Origin: Balanoglossus misakiensis
Lineage: Eukaryota > Animalia > Hemichordata
Length of the DNA stretch: 64,000 nt
Direction: 5' to 3'
Assembly (NCBI GenBank): GCA_040954595.2
Contig: CM082596.2
Location: 8,014,468 to 8,078,467, forward strand
The notes beneath the pieces were generated by a model. That model was not told the DNA's origin, searched no databases, and saw only the letters and a list, made by a program, of their open reading frames with translations. The stretch's first letter is position 1; each line of letters starts with the position of its first letter. Shown here piece after piece: positions 36,670 to 50,600 of this stretch. The position numbers and the translations under genes were made by a program.

Positions 36670-37020
36670 TCTCTGCTGGCAACCTCTATCCTCTTCTGTC
36701 TCTTCACATTAGAAGCTCTGACCTGAAGGCTCAAAATCAAATACCAGGTGTCAATATACTTGATTTGAGTGCTCGAGAAACAAAAACGACAAAGACATAC
36801 TCTGTAATAATTTTCACATGTGGAAAATTCACTACATCATTTTTGTCAGAAACACAGTATCCATACATACCTGGAAATATATTATCATCTCTCAAATCAT
36901 ATCTGCTGGCAACCTCTATCATCTTCTGTCTCTTCACATTAGAAGCTCTGACCTGAAGGCTCAAAATCAAATACCAGGTGTCAATATACTTGATTTGAGT
37001 GCTCGAGAAACAAAAATGTC
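36670..37020 (+). repeat. Direct repeat of about 120 bp (36670-36790 / 36902-37020)
   Basis: ctgctggcaacctctatc...gctcgagaaacaaaa occurs twice. Confidence 0.85.
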
Positions 37021-37469
37021 AGACACATACTTTCCCATACATATTCACAGACTTAGAGAAAACCACTGGAACTTGCAAGTTATGCACCCAAAGGTGAAAT
37101 TCTTACAATACAGATATTTTGATGTTCAAAAAATTACACAATATGTATTCTTTAAAGTTTTTTTCCGAAGAAAACTATCCAAAATTTTGTAATCTTCCAG
37201 GACCATCTTTAATCAATTTATTACAAGTAAACTACACAACAAGTTCTGTGCTAAAATGTTATCACCATTGTTAACCCTCAAGAAAAAACCTCGAGGACAC
37301 TGTGGTCCTAGTAAGGGATCACCGATGAAAAGGTTTACTGTACATTGCAATTTATACAGACAGATGTGTATACAGACAGACAGACAGACAGACAGACAAA
37401 TAAACAAAAGTACACAATTAGAAACAGTAGAAAATCCTTAGATGCTAAACGTTGCCATGCTAATCGCTG

Positions 37470-37930
37470 TTTGCCAATAATGAAAAACTCGTGTACATGT
37501 ACCACTTCATAGGCAATAGTACACAACTTGATACTTATTATTAAAACTGACCATAATCCTGAGATGCTAAAAGTTGTCATGCTAGTTGCTGGTACCAAAC
37601 GTTACAATGCTAGTAACTGTTGGCCAATAGTGGAAAACTTATCTACATGTGCCACTTAACAGGCAAAAGTACACAACTTGATACTTTAAAATAATCATAA
37701 TCGCGAGGTACCAAAAGTTACAATGCTAGTAACTGTTGGCCAATAGTGAAAAACTTGTGTACATGTGCCACTTAACAGGCAAAAGTACACAACTTGCAAT
37801 TAATTGATACTTATTATTAACACAGTTCAACATCTTGAGATGCTAAAAGTTGTCATGCTAGTTGGTGTTGGCCAATAGTGAAAAACTCGTGTATATGTAC
37901 CACTTCATAGGCAAAAGTGCATAACTTGAT
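37470..37930 (+). repeat. Degenerate tandem repeat, 4 units of about 115-150 bp, preceded by (GACA)n at 37375-37398
   Basis: gccaatagtgaaaaact.gtgtacatgt.ccactt.a.aggcaaaagtacacaacttg recurs at about 37473, 37623, 37739 and 37872. Confidence 0.85.
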
Positions 37931-40411
37931 GAGTTATTATTGATAACAAAATTCAATATCCTGCGATCCGACCCCAAACCCCAGAACTATGTCATTGCAC
38001 TACGGCTACATTGAAACTTTTATAAATTAAGGAAGTAGTAACATCTTACCCTGTTTTCCTATGGTTCGGCGTCTTCTCCGTGTAGATGGGTTAGTGTCCA
38101 CACTGTTACGTAACAATTAATGTACATTTCAGACGGCACTTCATGTACATTTCAGACGGTCTCACTCTTGCCCGCTCACATGTTCCTAGTCGTTATATCC
38201 AGTACACACGATAGAGAGTACCAAGTTAGTCCTACGGCAAACGTCTCTACTCACTTTAAGCGACCAGTTCTGCTACCATGGACGTTTGTACAACACAGAA
38301 GCACCCCTGCGACTAGGAGACGGCAGCCATGACAGTTAACCTTTGACACGCGCAGTGCCCTTTTGTCATTTTTGGACATTTGTCATGGGTTATAGCTCAT
38401 GAAAATTTGTCATGGGTTATAGCTCATGATGTGTTCAGTTGTTGAGAAAATAAATCGGATGCCAGAACACATCCTGGCCTATTACATTAACCTAACTTAC
38501 AGGAGTTAAACTTGGTGGAATGGTCTTTGTGCCATGATTAAAGAAGGTCGGATGTTATCACTCTAACAACTTCAAGGTAGCCATAGTTTACACAACTAAC
38601 ATCTGCTGCTTTTGATATCGCAAAAAAATTCATGTCGCAAAAAATTGCCCGTTTTACAGAACTTCTGTGACAATATTTTCCTCTGAATATTACAGAAGAT
38701 GCATGAATTAAATTACTGCCATACTTCAAAAGATTAGCATTTTATAACAATGTTTATTTCTTTCACTCTGGAAAATCGGGCAACATATTTAGTCACATGG
38801 GAATTTTGAAACTGTTTGTTGCCAAGGTGGTGGCCAAACACATCGAATCTATCAGACAGAAACAATGAAAACTGGAACATATTGGCAAATGCGATACATG
38901 AGGAGAAATAAACTCATTTTGATTCTATAGTAAGAAAGCTTCTTTTAAGAAGGTGACATACAAAACAGACGAATTCAGAATAACATCATTTATGGTTTAC
39001 ATTATTTGATGTTGAAGGCATCGGACAAAGATGCAGTGTTAAAAAAGCTGTAGCCTAATCGCAAAAGTCTATTGTAACATTGAAGAAAAAAAAGTCACAC
39101 GAACAGTTGTGAAGGATGTTAGCAATACTTGTCAATGCGTTAATTTAAACCAATATTAAAGGTATACGGTCGCCTATGCATATTAACCATAGTAAATTGA
39201 GATTTGGCTTGCCTACATCTGGACTTTATGAAAATATATATTTTTGACGGTTTTGATCATTGATGTTTTGTATGTTACATCCTTAACAAAGCAATTGCAT
39301 AAAAATGCAAAAATAACAGACAAATACAGACTCACAAATGATCCAATCTTCTATCCTTGTTGACTTGATTCTGATGGACTTTAACTGACCGCAGTAAAAA
39401 TTGCCTTTTAGACAACAAACTGCCCTTTATGGTATTTATCGTTTCTATATTCAGTTCTGTGAAATATACAAGTTCTAGATAAAAACAGAAAATGTAAATG
39501 TATATATTTCATGTGATCTTATCAGGGCTTTCTATATCATTCTGCGAATTAAGTTTATCTGCCCTGGTTATGCGTATTGCAACAGCATCATCTGTCGTTT
39601 CCCTACAACTGTTTGTAAAGACACTATTTATTGGCTCTGAAGAAGAAACTTTGAAATTGTTGCGTTATGGGAACCAATCAATGAAAGCGATAATAATATG
39701 TATCCGATGCTTGTAATCTGCCAATCTTTATAAATATTTTCTAAACGTTTGGGACTGGTTTTGATTGCGGATTCTGTATTGATCAAAAGATTTGCTGATC
39801 ATCTGGACCTCTGACAAGCCAATGAAATGTCTGTAAACCCTCATGATGGTCTGAACTGTCCAATCAGATTGCAATATGCCGGATTACATACGGATACCAT
39901 TTCAATGAATCAAAGAAACACTCAATTTGACTGATATTGCTGAATTTCAATAATTTAAGGAGTCTTAAGTCTTAAGGGGTATTACATAGCAAGGTTCCCC
40001 AAAAGGACGAACCTGCACTGCCAATGACAGAAATATCTTAGCAAAAAGACAAAACACATCTCATCTGGACCAGCCATGAAGTCTGTGTCATAAACATAAC
40101 CCTCTATAAACAACTCAACATACATGACTGAAAAAGACATCTAGCGAGGATAACAATCTTAGACATAGCTGGGATTGTTTCCATGAGTATAGTTACAAAA
40201 ACACGACAAAGGACACCAACCAACACATCAAATAAGGAAAGGTAAATCTCGGAAAGGAAATTAACAATTGCAATATTCTTATTTCTTCAAGCACTGGCAG
40301 TTTCACTTTCCATTGTGCAATTTCTCTGTACACTGAGACAATCAGATTATCTGGACTAACCCATTAGGCCAGTCTATTTCACACTCACAAGAGAGAGAGG
40401 TATGCCATTAA

Positions 40412-40758
40412 AGGGACAAAGTCTCTCTCTCGCTGCCCTTCTCCCATTAATTATGTTTGATACAAGACACCATTTATGTTAATGTACATGTGGATATATA
40501 GTGAATCAATGTTCGACCACACACAACTTCCATCCCACTTGTAGACACGAGAGTGAAAAATTCGCCAAAATGAATAATCGGTGTTTACCATTTATTCATT
40601 TTGGCGAGATTTTTACTCTCATATCCTACAAACTAGATGGAGTTTGTGTGTGGTTTAAGATTGATTCACTATATATCCACATTTAGAATAACATAAACGG
40701 CGTCTTGTATCAAACATAATTAAAGGAAAAGGGGCAGCGAGAGAGAGACTTTGTCCCT
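40412..40758. mobile_element. Palindromic Kolobok-type MITE, full copy, downstream of the ITPRID-like stop
   Basis: Same family, ttaa flanks at 40408-40411 and 40759-40762. Confidence 0.8.
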
Positions 40759-41521
40759 TTAAACATGGTCAGCTACTAGTAACATGTACAGGACTGCTCC
40801 AAAATACAGGTCGTACTGTACAGGAAATTTAGCAAAAATGTGATGATGTAAATAGCAATAGACTGCTTACTGGAATAAGAATTTCTTCTTACTCCCAATA
40901 GTAACATCCATGAAATTTGAAATTCCGTTACAAAGGCACTGATGAAAAAATAACTATAATCATACAAAACTTACACAAAATATTTATGATTCAATGTTTT
41001 TTTTAGAAAATAATTTTGTACACCTGATTGTTATTTTGTTTCTCTGTACAATATATTTCTCACAAAATACTTCCTCATTTTTGAGAAGAAAATTATACAA
41101 CTCTTAAATTCCGAGAATCTGCACCATAAGTTTGCTCTTGGCAGAATTTTTCAATTTCTGCACAAATTTCCGAAAAAAATCCCGGTGAATATTTTATATT
41201 TCTACATGTAAATGCATGAACATTTACTTATAAGTAAATGGCTGTCTCTTTTAGACAATTACATTCAATTTCAATTTTCCAATCACATGGAGTTTCTTTT
41301 GAGTTCAAAGTTCAAACTGACCAACAAAATCACCCTTGACTCTTCACTTTACAAATCAACCGCAATTTTTTAGACACCTGCATCAATATTCCAAGTGCAA
41401 GTCCCTATTTTCACTTAATTTTGACAAACGCAAAAAAATATATATATTTACGAATCCTTCAAATAGTCGACCAGAACATCCCTCAATTTTAAATTTACAC
41501 ACTCGTACTATTTTATTCTCG

Positions 41522-41659
41522 TCAGGTGACTTCACCATTTGTACCATCTTCCTCTTCTTCCAATATGATTTCCCTTTGAACGTCAGCAGGAAACGTCGAC
41601 TGACGGCTGTTGTATTCATCTAACTGCCTGCGTAGCTTCCTCAGTTCTTCGCCTTTGGC
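41522..41659 (-). CDS. ITPRID2: ITPRID-like terminal coding exon
   Basis: ttttcccatcctgtag| AKGEELRKLRRQLDEY...GEVT then TGA at 41524-41522. Confidence 0.72.
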   Translation of the reverse strand, partial: AKGEELRKLRRQLDEYNSRQSTFPADVQREIILEEEEDGTNGEVT

Positions 41660-44600
41660 CTACAGGATGGGAAAAGAGACAGAGAATTACCTGCAGCCGA
41701 TCACAGACACCAACGAGCACATTTTGCTGTGAGTTCCTGTTTGGATGTTGTTATTGGAATAAAAAAATGGATGAGAATGTTTTTTCTATGTTAGGTGAAC
41801 ACATTAAAATAGTCACCATGGTTGCTGTAACACACATGATGTAAAACTGATCTCTGCCCCCACATATTCCAGCTACTCACCGCTACAGAACTTTGATGAA
41901 GACACACTTCGCATATTTAATAAATGGTGACCACACTTTATCATGTCTTACAGCGCCCTCTGTCGCCCGTTAATTTCTTAGTTTCTACTTTTTCCACACT
42001 TCCTTGCCCTGTCAATCTTTACAAGATGCATCCATGTGGGGACACACGCAACACATGGGGCTAAATCATTAAACTGACTGCTGTCTTTATATACACTGAA
42101 ACCTGTGACCAAACAAGATTCAGTAACCGTCAGAACTTGTATCAGATAATAACAGTTCAATCAGGTATACAAAGTTAACACTACAAATTACTCATTTGGG
42201 GAAGCAATTTTTGGATGTGCAATTCAACATGGATGCACTGTAAACCTAGCAAAGCAAGTAATTCTAAGTGTAGAAAGACCGGAACACAATGGATAAAATC
42301 ACCTTCTCTCGATTTGTAGGGTTACAGCTGACAAAGTGTGAATACTTAAAAAATATATAAATGAAATGGCACCACAATCGAGAATACTTTAACACTTTTT
42401 TGCACCACAAAACAAAACTGCATGCAAGGAAAATACACAAAACATCAATGTTGACAGTGGGGAGATTTGTAGAAACCGTTAACTTCTGAAAATTGGTGAC
42501 GGTGCAGACATGGTCCTATTTCACCACCAGCGAGTCTAGACTTGATCATATTTTGAAGTTAATCTCACATGGGTCCAATCTGAATATTATCGGTGAAACT
42601 TTCAACATCAACACAGCTAAAGAGAAATTTTTCACCTTAAAGTTATGCCTTGGAAAAATCTTGTCAGAACAACAGAAACTCTGAAAACACTTTGTTCTAG
42701 ATCAAGTCTACACTGCGGCATTATAGAACATGATATTTAACTTGGCATATATTGCTATATGAAATGCATCTTGATATTACACGCTTTACTCTGATGATAA
42801 AATGTTTGCTGGGAATTCAATCTATTACACACTACAGCATCTCGGGATACAAAATCAGTGCATGGCAAATTACCAAATTCTGCGGAGGCGTGACAACTTT
42901 AATACAACTACGGTATTCTATAACTAAGCGGGTCTCCCAGTGCTCTGTGATTATCTTTGTGTTATGTTTTTTGTCCTGGGCAAGGTAGAAAGAATAAGCA
43001 GTGTGTTAGCAGGAAATCTCTCTGCAGTAGAAAAAATATTAATGATTAATAATTGTGTGTTATTGCCGAGGCCGCGATTGTCTGTACACCATGAGATCCC
43101 CGCACTTTTTGGGTACACTGATGTCCAAGGTTAACCCTTTCACCCCCATATCCCTGTGTAGAGGTCCACCCTTACCATAGAAAACAATGAGTTTGGACTG
43201 AACCATGGTGGTGAAAGGGTACTATTACAAAAAGACATTTATCTGTGGTTGCATGTTTGTCAATTTCACCATGAAACTCTGTTTGTATCGGGACAAATAA
43301 ATCGTCCACTTTATGAATAGCAACTATTCAACACACATGTACTCAGCTGAACCATCGGATGTAATCATTGTAAATTTTCTGTTCAAACTCACAGTCTTGT
43401 TTAGCCAATCATAACAAAATAATTGTATGTGCACCACACGTTTTAATATACCTTGGGGAGTAGAGGGAACTTTTGGTGTACCACAAATTTTGGCCACAGT
43501 AATAACCTGATTAGCATGCACGATATACGATGAGCAGAAAGTTATACTAAAGGAAGAAATGACAGAGTAAGTATATAATTTGTGAATGGGAATTCAATGA
43601 CCGCCTCTCATCACCATGTGTGGTATTAATGATTTACATTCAAATTAAAGACTTATTAATTAATATTAGTAAAGAACAGGCGATCCAATGGTAAGTAGGT
43701 GCAAAAAAATGTTCACTGTTAGTAAATTCAGACATCGAACTTTACTGACATCTATTCGACATGGAATTGTGTTACACTGTTAGTAAGTCCTGTGTGGTTA
43801 GTAGATGTGATACGATTACAAGCACCAGAGTTTTCCAATGTCTGTGGTCAATCCCCTGTGGTTGAACTGATCAAGTTTATAAAACATGCACTTGTGAAAT
43901 AATATACTGTGATTTGACTATGGTAATATAGAAGGACAAGGTTACCGTCCTCGACAAAGTGTTGACTACTTTTGTTTTCTGTAGAAAGTTTGTGTTGCTG
44001 TTCTGCACATTAATTGTATTTTTATAGGAGTACTACTGCTATACTTCTGTCACAAAAATTACATTTTTCATTTGCCATAAAACAGGACAGGGAAGTCATC
44101 AAATCAGTGTCAAATTGATGGTAACCTTTGTCCCATGAAAAATTTACTCCGACTGCTGTAGAAAATGGTCTGGTTATTGTTGTTACAAATCTTTCTTCAC
44201 TTCCGTATGAAATGATACAATTATCCTACATGAGAGTTATCCAGTTGATGATGTGAACAGAATTCTACAACATCTAATATTCAGAAATTGAGTCCATGTA
44301 CAATTATATTGAGAGTATTATTCACCAAAGCTTAGTAAAAAAAATCACTTTTTATCATTTTAGAGAAAGTGTTACGTCAGATATGTGGGTGATGCGACAG
44401 ATTTGCCAGCGATCCAGTTCGTTGGTTGGACTGCCATTTGACTAAAGGTCTCTTGTGTCAGCCATTTTTTAATCAGAGAGTAAAAATGCCCAATGTATCT
44501 GACATGTGATCATATTTACTAGAATGCAAATTCTGTGGTTTGAAAAGCAATCTAAGTCACAAAGCAGGACACATCATCAGGGCATAATCTATACTTCATA

Positions 44601-47600
44601 ATTTCTGTCAGCTGATGATGATGTCCAAACTGTGGGTCATTCCAGCAAGGTGGCTGCCTCACTGAATGGTACTCACAGTACATAAAGGTGTGAAAGTTCA
44701 GTCTACACAAACTCACCTCCAGTTCCATTTTCAGTTTCTGTGTCGTTTCCTTGGTGATATTGTATGTGACCTCCTCAACAATCACTGTTTTCATCTACAT
44801 AGTGGAGAAAGGAAATAAGAAACATATACTGTAAAATTAACTTGAAACAAAAAAACACATTTGTATAAATGATATCATAGTCATGCATGTACACGTATAT
44901 ACCTGAGTGTCGTATTTTAAACAAGGTTTACTGAACTAACTCCTCCTCTCATAGTGAGATTTCCCAGTCAAATATTGCTACATGTACAGAAAGATCAGAG
45001 ACAATGTCCATTGAACAGGTGGTTTGGTAATGGCTATGGAATATGTCACACACATACCTCAACATCACATGAATTATCAAAACCCTGAGAGCCAATGTAT
45101 GATGATCTAACATTACCAAGCCATCTACTGTAAAACACTTTATTTTCGCAAGATGAAATTTTCGCGATATTGAGAGAAGCCACTGTTTCGCGAGTATTCA
45201 TTTTCGCGTTCTCTTATTTCATTCACTGCATCTTTATCTTCAAAAAAAATTTAAGTGAATTTTTAATTTCGTGCTATTTTGGTTCTCGCTTATTTCGCAT
45301 AAATTTATTGCTCGCGAAAATAAAATGTTTTACAGTAATTCACTAAATAAACATACCTCTCTGATGGATCTCTCGCGTTCCTTCTTATCCATGTACCTCT
45401 GCCACTCCAGTTCTTTCTTCATGGCCAGCAACTCCTGCAGAACCTCGTCCCTCTCCACCATCCGGGGCACCGACGAATCCAGGCTGTATTCCGAGATCGG
45501 CGAGGATATCCCGGAATGGTGGGAGGAGAGCGCAGAGTGCATCTGGATGTTGTGAAGGAGACCGCGCTGGTTTATCTGCTCCTTCAACAAATCAATCATC
45601 TGAAAGGGAAAAGGTCAACTCGAACCTGTCTATAGTGGCCAGTCAAGGGACTGGCCTTTATAGACAGGTCAATTAATGCACTGGTATGACGTACACATAA
45701 ATTGCACAGGGACTGTAACAATGTGGCCACTATAGACAAGGTTCAACTATATAGAGGTGGCCCTTACCTTGCTAACGAATCACCTTGAAATTCCTGATAT
45801 TAAAATTTATACAACAATTCATATTTTTATGTACAAATATCTAAACCTTACCTGTTTTATCATGTCCAGGCTCTGTAAAGAATGTTCTGACATTGACGTA
45901 TCATCATCCAATGAAAAACTCTGGAGAAAAATGAAAAACAATCCCACTAAGCAAAAGTGTGTATAGCTGAATGTTACTTCTTGCATGGAGGTTTTCTTGA
46001 AGGGATTCCTGAATAAAAAATTTACCAACAAAGTTTCTCCTTGGGGGATTATGTTTTGCTTTGTATAGTACGACAGGAAACAACATTTGAATTATTCATG
46101 AGCAAAACATGGTAACTGTGTATTAAAATGTTCACCCCATTTCCCTCTGTAGAGGTCCAACTTCACCACAGAAAACAATGGATTTGGACCAAACCATGGT
46201 AGTGAAAGGGCTAAAACTTTACTGACAAACACAGGTGTGTGATATGTTAGAGTGTGAAACTTGGAGTCGAAATGGACCATGATACAAACAAAATTATGTG
46301 CATATACGTAAATTAACTCAGAATGCATTGATCTACATGTTTGTGTTTACTGACATCACGACTTTATCAGCAACCATGTCCATAGAACACTTCAGTAGAC
46401 AAGACAGTTTGCGATACATTCTCCCAGCGTATAGGCCTGATCAGCCAATCCACTTCACATCAGCGAAATTAGTGACAGCAGGCACACTGGCAACCAGAAA
46501 GCCCTATGAGATCTTACCCTCTGTTTGACTTCGTTAATAGTTTTGGCTCTGCTCGACAGCAAACGTTCCATTTCATAGATTTCTTCAATAATCTGTAATC
46601 TGAGCGTTTTCAGCCCCTCCCAGTCATCCCTGGAATTAGACACAAATAATCAACATATTTATTTGCAAAATCTGGCAACCGTTCTCTAATTTTTGCCAAA
46701 TTGAAGTTATTTGCATGTATGTCCTTCAGCTTGTGGTGAGAAGATTAATATAATGTTTTTATGATAATCCATAATTCCTTGTATGAGGCAATAAAAGCTT
46801 ATACAAGACCCGATAATGTCAAAAGTGATTTTCATATCTTAATACCTGGCACCTTGCCAAAACACACAGTAATAAGACCGACACTTGTTTTTATTACAAA
46901 TATAACAGAGTATGCAAATTACCCTCAAAGACCGCCATGTGTTGAATGAAAACAATAGAGTATTACATCATATAATCTGATCTGTTAATTATTTCATGTA
47001 CAGCCATGATCAGTAACATTTGCGATTGATGAATTTGTTATCACAACAGAGCAAACAACGGACACACCAAACAAAACACAGTCACAGGAGATAGGTGGAT
47101 GCGGAAAAATTAAATAGTTTGATTCCATGTATGATAATTATAGTGATTTCATGTTGTGACAACAATATTAATCAGTTATTTAATAAAAGTCATTCAAATT
47201 CAATAATTTGTACACAGTTAATCATATAAAATACAATAGCCTGTTTAAAATATCTAAACCGTATTACTGTCTATGTGATTTTATTTGAAAGAAAAACTTC
47301 CGGCCACAAAGTATTATGGTCAATATACTGTAAAACACTTTATTTTCGTGAGTTAAATTTTTCGCGATATCGAGAGAGGCCACTGTTTCGCGAGTATTAA
47401 TTTTCGCGTTCTCTTATTTTAATTCACTGCATAGTTATCTTCAAAAACAATTTACGCGACTTTTTATTTTCACGCTATTTTGGCTCTCGCATATTTGGCG
47501 AAAATTAATTGCTCGCGAAAATAAAGTGTTTTATATATTTACAGTATGTTCTGAGTGACTGATAAAAGTTTCTTTTTTTACAACACCACTGTCCACCCAC

Positions 47601-50600
47601 CTTTCATCTTCAGTCAAATGATCATACACCACCTGAAATTGCTGCGCCGAAAGCGTTTCCAAGGCGATCAGGTCAGCCTTGTATTTCAAGACCCCTTGCT
47701 GTAGGTAACGCACTTCCTTCATTGCGCTCTGGGGGATCAGAATCAAGATGTATATATTTTCAAGATATATCTTTTCAACTATCTCTGGACATGGTGCTTG
47801 TGTAGTGACTACAGTACACTGTGAGCACCACCACTCAAACTCAGGCATAGTATATACCCTTCATAAACAACACTTATCCATAGAACAATTTTGCATATCA
47901 AAGAGATTTGCATAAACCTATTATAGTTTGTATATAATTATAAGTATATAACAGTGAAACTGTGACAATAACCATTGTTATCCGTTCTAGACAGTTATTA
48001 TATTATATTATAGTGGCCTTGTTCAATAAACAAGAAATGTTCAAACTTGTTCATGGTTGAACACTCAGCCAGGCAGCTCTGTCTGCAGACAAACAACACC
48101 AACCTACCATTGTCATTAAATACATCAAAATACGAATTTCAATAGGTACACATTAAATGTGTTTGTCAAAGTCCTCACCCTCACAAAAAAGATCCTACAA
48201 AATTCTATAGAATTATACTGCATTTAGATTTTCCATAAAAAATCCTAAGGACATTTATCATGTTTATAATAGAAGTGTTGGCCCTTTTTCTATTGAATAT
48301 TATTTTTTCTATAGAATCACTTTTCATAAATGCATGCACCAACTTCAGAAACTGATGCTACACAAGAGTTACACACCTCTGTGGCTGTAAGAGTGTCCCA
48401 GGATGTTGGTTCTTCTCTAAAAATCATCGGTGGTAGCTGTAAACCAACTTTATGTCCACCCTGGGCAGATAAAAAAAAAGCAGAGAGACCATAGACTAAA
48501 TAAATGAATATAAATATACATTAAACAATGTCAAAACTGAACCCAGCCTATACAACTCACCCAGTTTACACTGGCATCGTCTATTGTCAAGATTTTCTCC
48601 TGTCTTTAAACAATGCCAACTGTAGACTCTTATTTGGCAAAGATTATTTGTTTAAAACTATTTTGACTAATTACAAGACAGAAATTGGTATAACGTTCTT
48701 CTTACACGATATACAGCTGTTATATAATGGGTCTGATATGTCATCCAAAGCATGAGATTTGCAGAACATTTTAATTTTTAGGGCAACTTATTGTGTGGTG
48801 GGTACAATATGGCCAGGGGGTGACTGACCTAGAACCTATAGATCCACAATTAGTGCCATACTTACATACAGTGGGTTTGGTTGCTGCATCAGTGCCTTCA
48901 GCAGGAGCTCATCTCGGAGCCGGCCGTATTCGGCTTTGGACATCCACACCTCCCGACCGCCCCTCATCACCCTCACAAACTCCTCTTCCTCCGGCAGAGA
49001 GAAGACATCCTCCTCGTCGAGGGTGCTGTCGCGGGGGAGGACCTTCATGAAGCTGCCCGATCTGGTGGAGACGCAATCGAAGAACACGTCGTGCGGACTC
49101 GCGCTCAGCGACGCCGGGTGCGTCTCCAAGTTGGCCTCCTCGGCCCAGCTGGGTGTGCGCCGCAGTCCCTGAGACAACCCTGTTGCTGGAGAGCTGAGCC
49201 TGGCCACTCGGTCGATCAGACTTCCATCCTCTGAAACCAGAGAATGCGCCGACATTGACAGCACTTCGCAGTCGGGTTCCGGGGATCGTCTCCCGCTGGT
49301 GACCGACTCGGCACCGATGTTTATCTTCTTGCCGCCGATAAACGACGAGTCGGAGACACTCCGACCGGTGTCTGAGGTAGACGTCTGCAGGATGGGTGAA
49401 ATGTCCAGCATTCCCAGGTTGCTCCTCTTGGGACTGGTCAGGTCCGGCGACGGGAGCATCGTCGAGTTCCGTCTGTCGGGAGATTCTGTCTGCGTCTCTC
49501 TTGTCTGCTTATTACCAGTCTTGGACGCGTCAGTTGCACTCTCCGCATCAATTCTCTCTCCTCCACTCCTTGCACTGCTAGTCATATCATCTCCATCTTT
49601 GCCGGACTCCAACGGACTCTCTGCTATTCTCTCAATCTCATCCCCGGCGGACTTGACGTGGATTTTCCCAGAAGTGTCACTCGTCTCCAAGAAACTCCTG
49701 ACGCCTTCTCGGTCGCGGTCTCTCTCCTCGTCCACGCTGTGAGCCTTCTGCAGCATGCCCCGTCGGCGCGTTTGCGTCTTGGGTCTCCCATTCTCTATCA
49801 TCACTGTAGCAGATGAGGTCCTCCTCAGAGGTGGCTTCTTGTGTTGTGCTCTGACTGCTGTCTCCTCCTCCTCTTTCGAAACGTCCCTCATCGAAGAGAC
49901 TTCCCCACCTGCGCTCTGTGAACGCGACCGATACAGGTATTTCTCAGTGCGTACTCGTCTCGGCTGCTTCTTCTTACAGACTATGTGATCAGCACCAGTC
50001 ACATCCTCAATCGTCTTCTGAAGTGTGTCCAAGAAATTCTCAACTTCTTCAGCTGCTCTCGGTTCTGTCAGAGAAACCCTGACAGCTGTCTGCGCACCGA
50101 CCGGTTCCTTCATCTCGGACACATCAAGGGTCATGACCTCTGGCCCGTTCACCTCTTGAGACAGCTCGGCTAATTCCGGTTCAAGGGCCTCATCTCGGGC
50201 ATCATCAAGCGTGCCCACTGATGGAGCCGAGGACAGCTTTCGCTCGCATTCTGTTGCTATGGTTACATCAGAGGCAGATGATTCAGTGGAGGACTTCTTC
50301 TGCTGTTGTAGATCCCTGGCATGGAGTCTATTCACATCGATACTGTCACTAGTACTGTCCACAGCGTCCAGCTGAAGAAAAATAATAGACAGCATCAAGA
50401 GTTTCAATTTCCAGCATTGCGAACACCTGGCAAATTAATATTAGACTCAAATAATTACCAACAACTTCTGCTAATGAAAATTTTGATGACAATATGTAGA
50501 CTGATTCATAGAGCTGTCCACTGATACAAGACAAAGCTCACAAATCTATCACGTAAAATGTAACATGACCATTCACTGAACCTGTTCATTACATGTGCCC

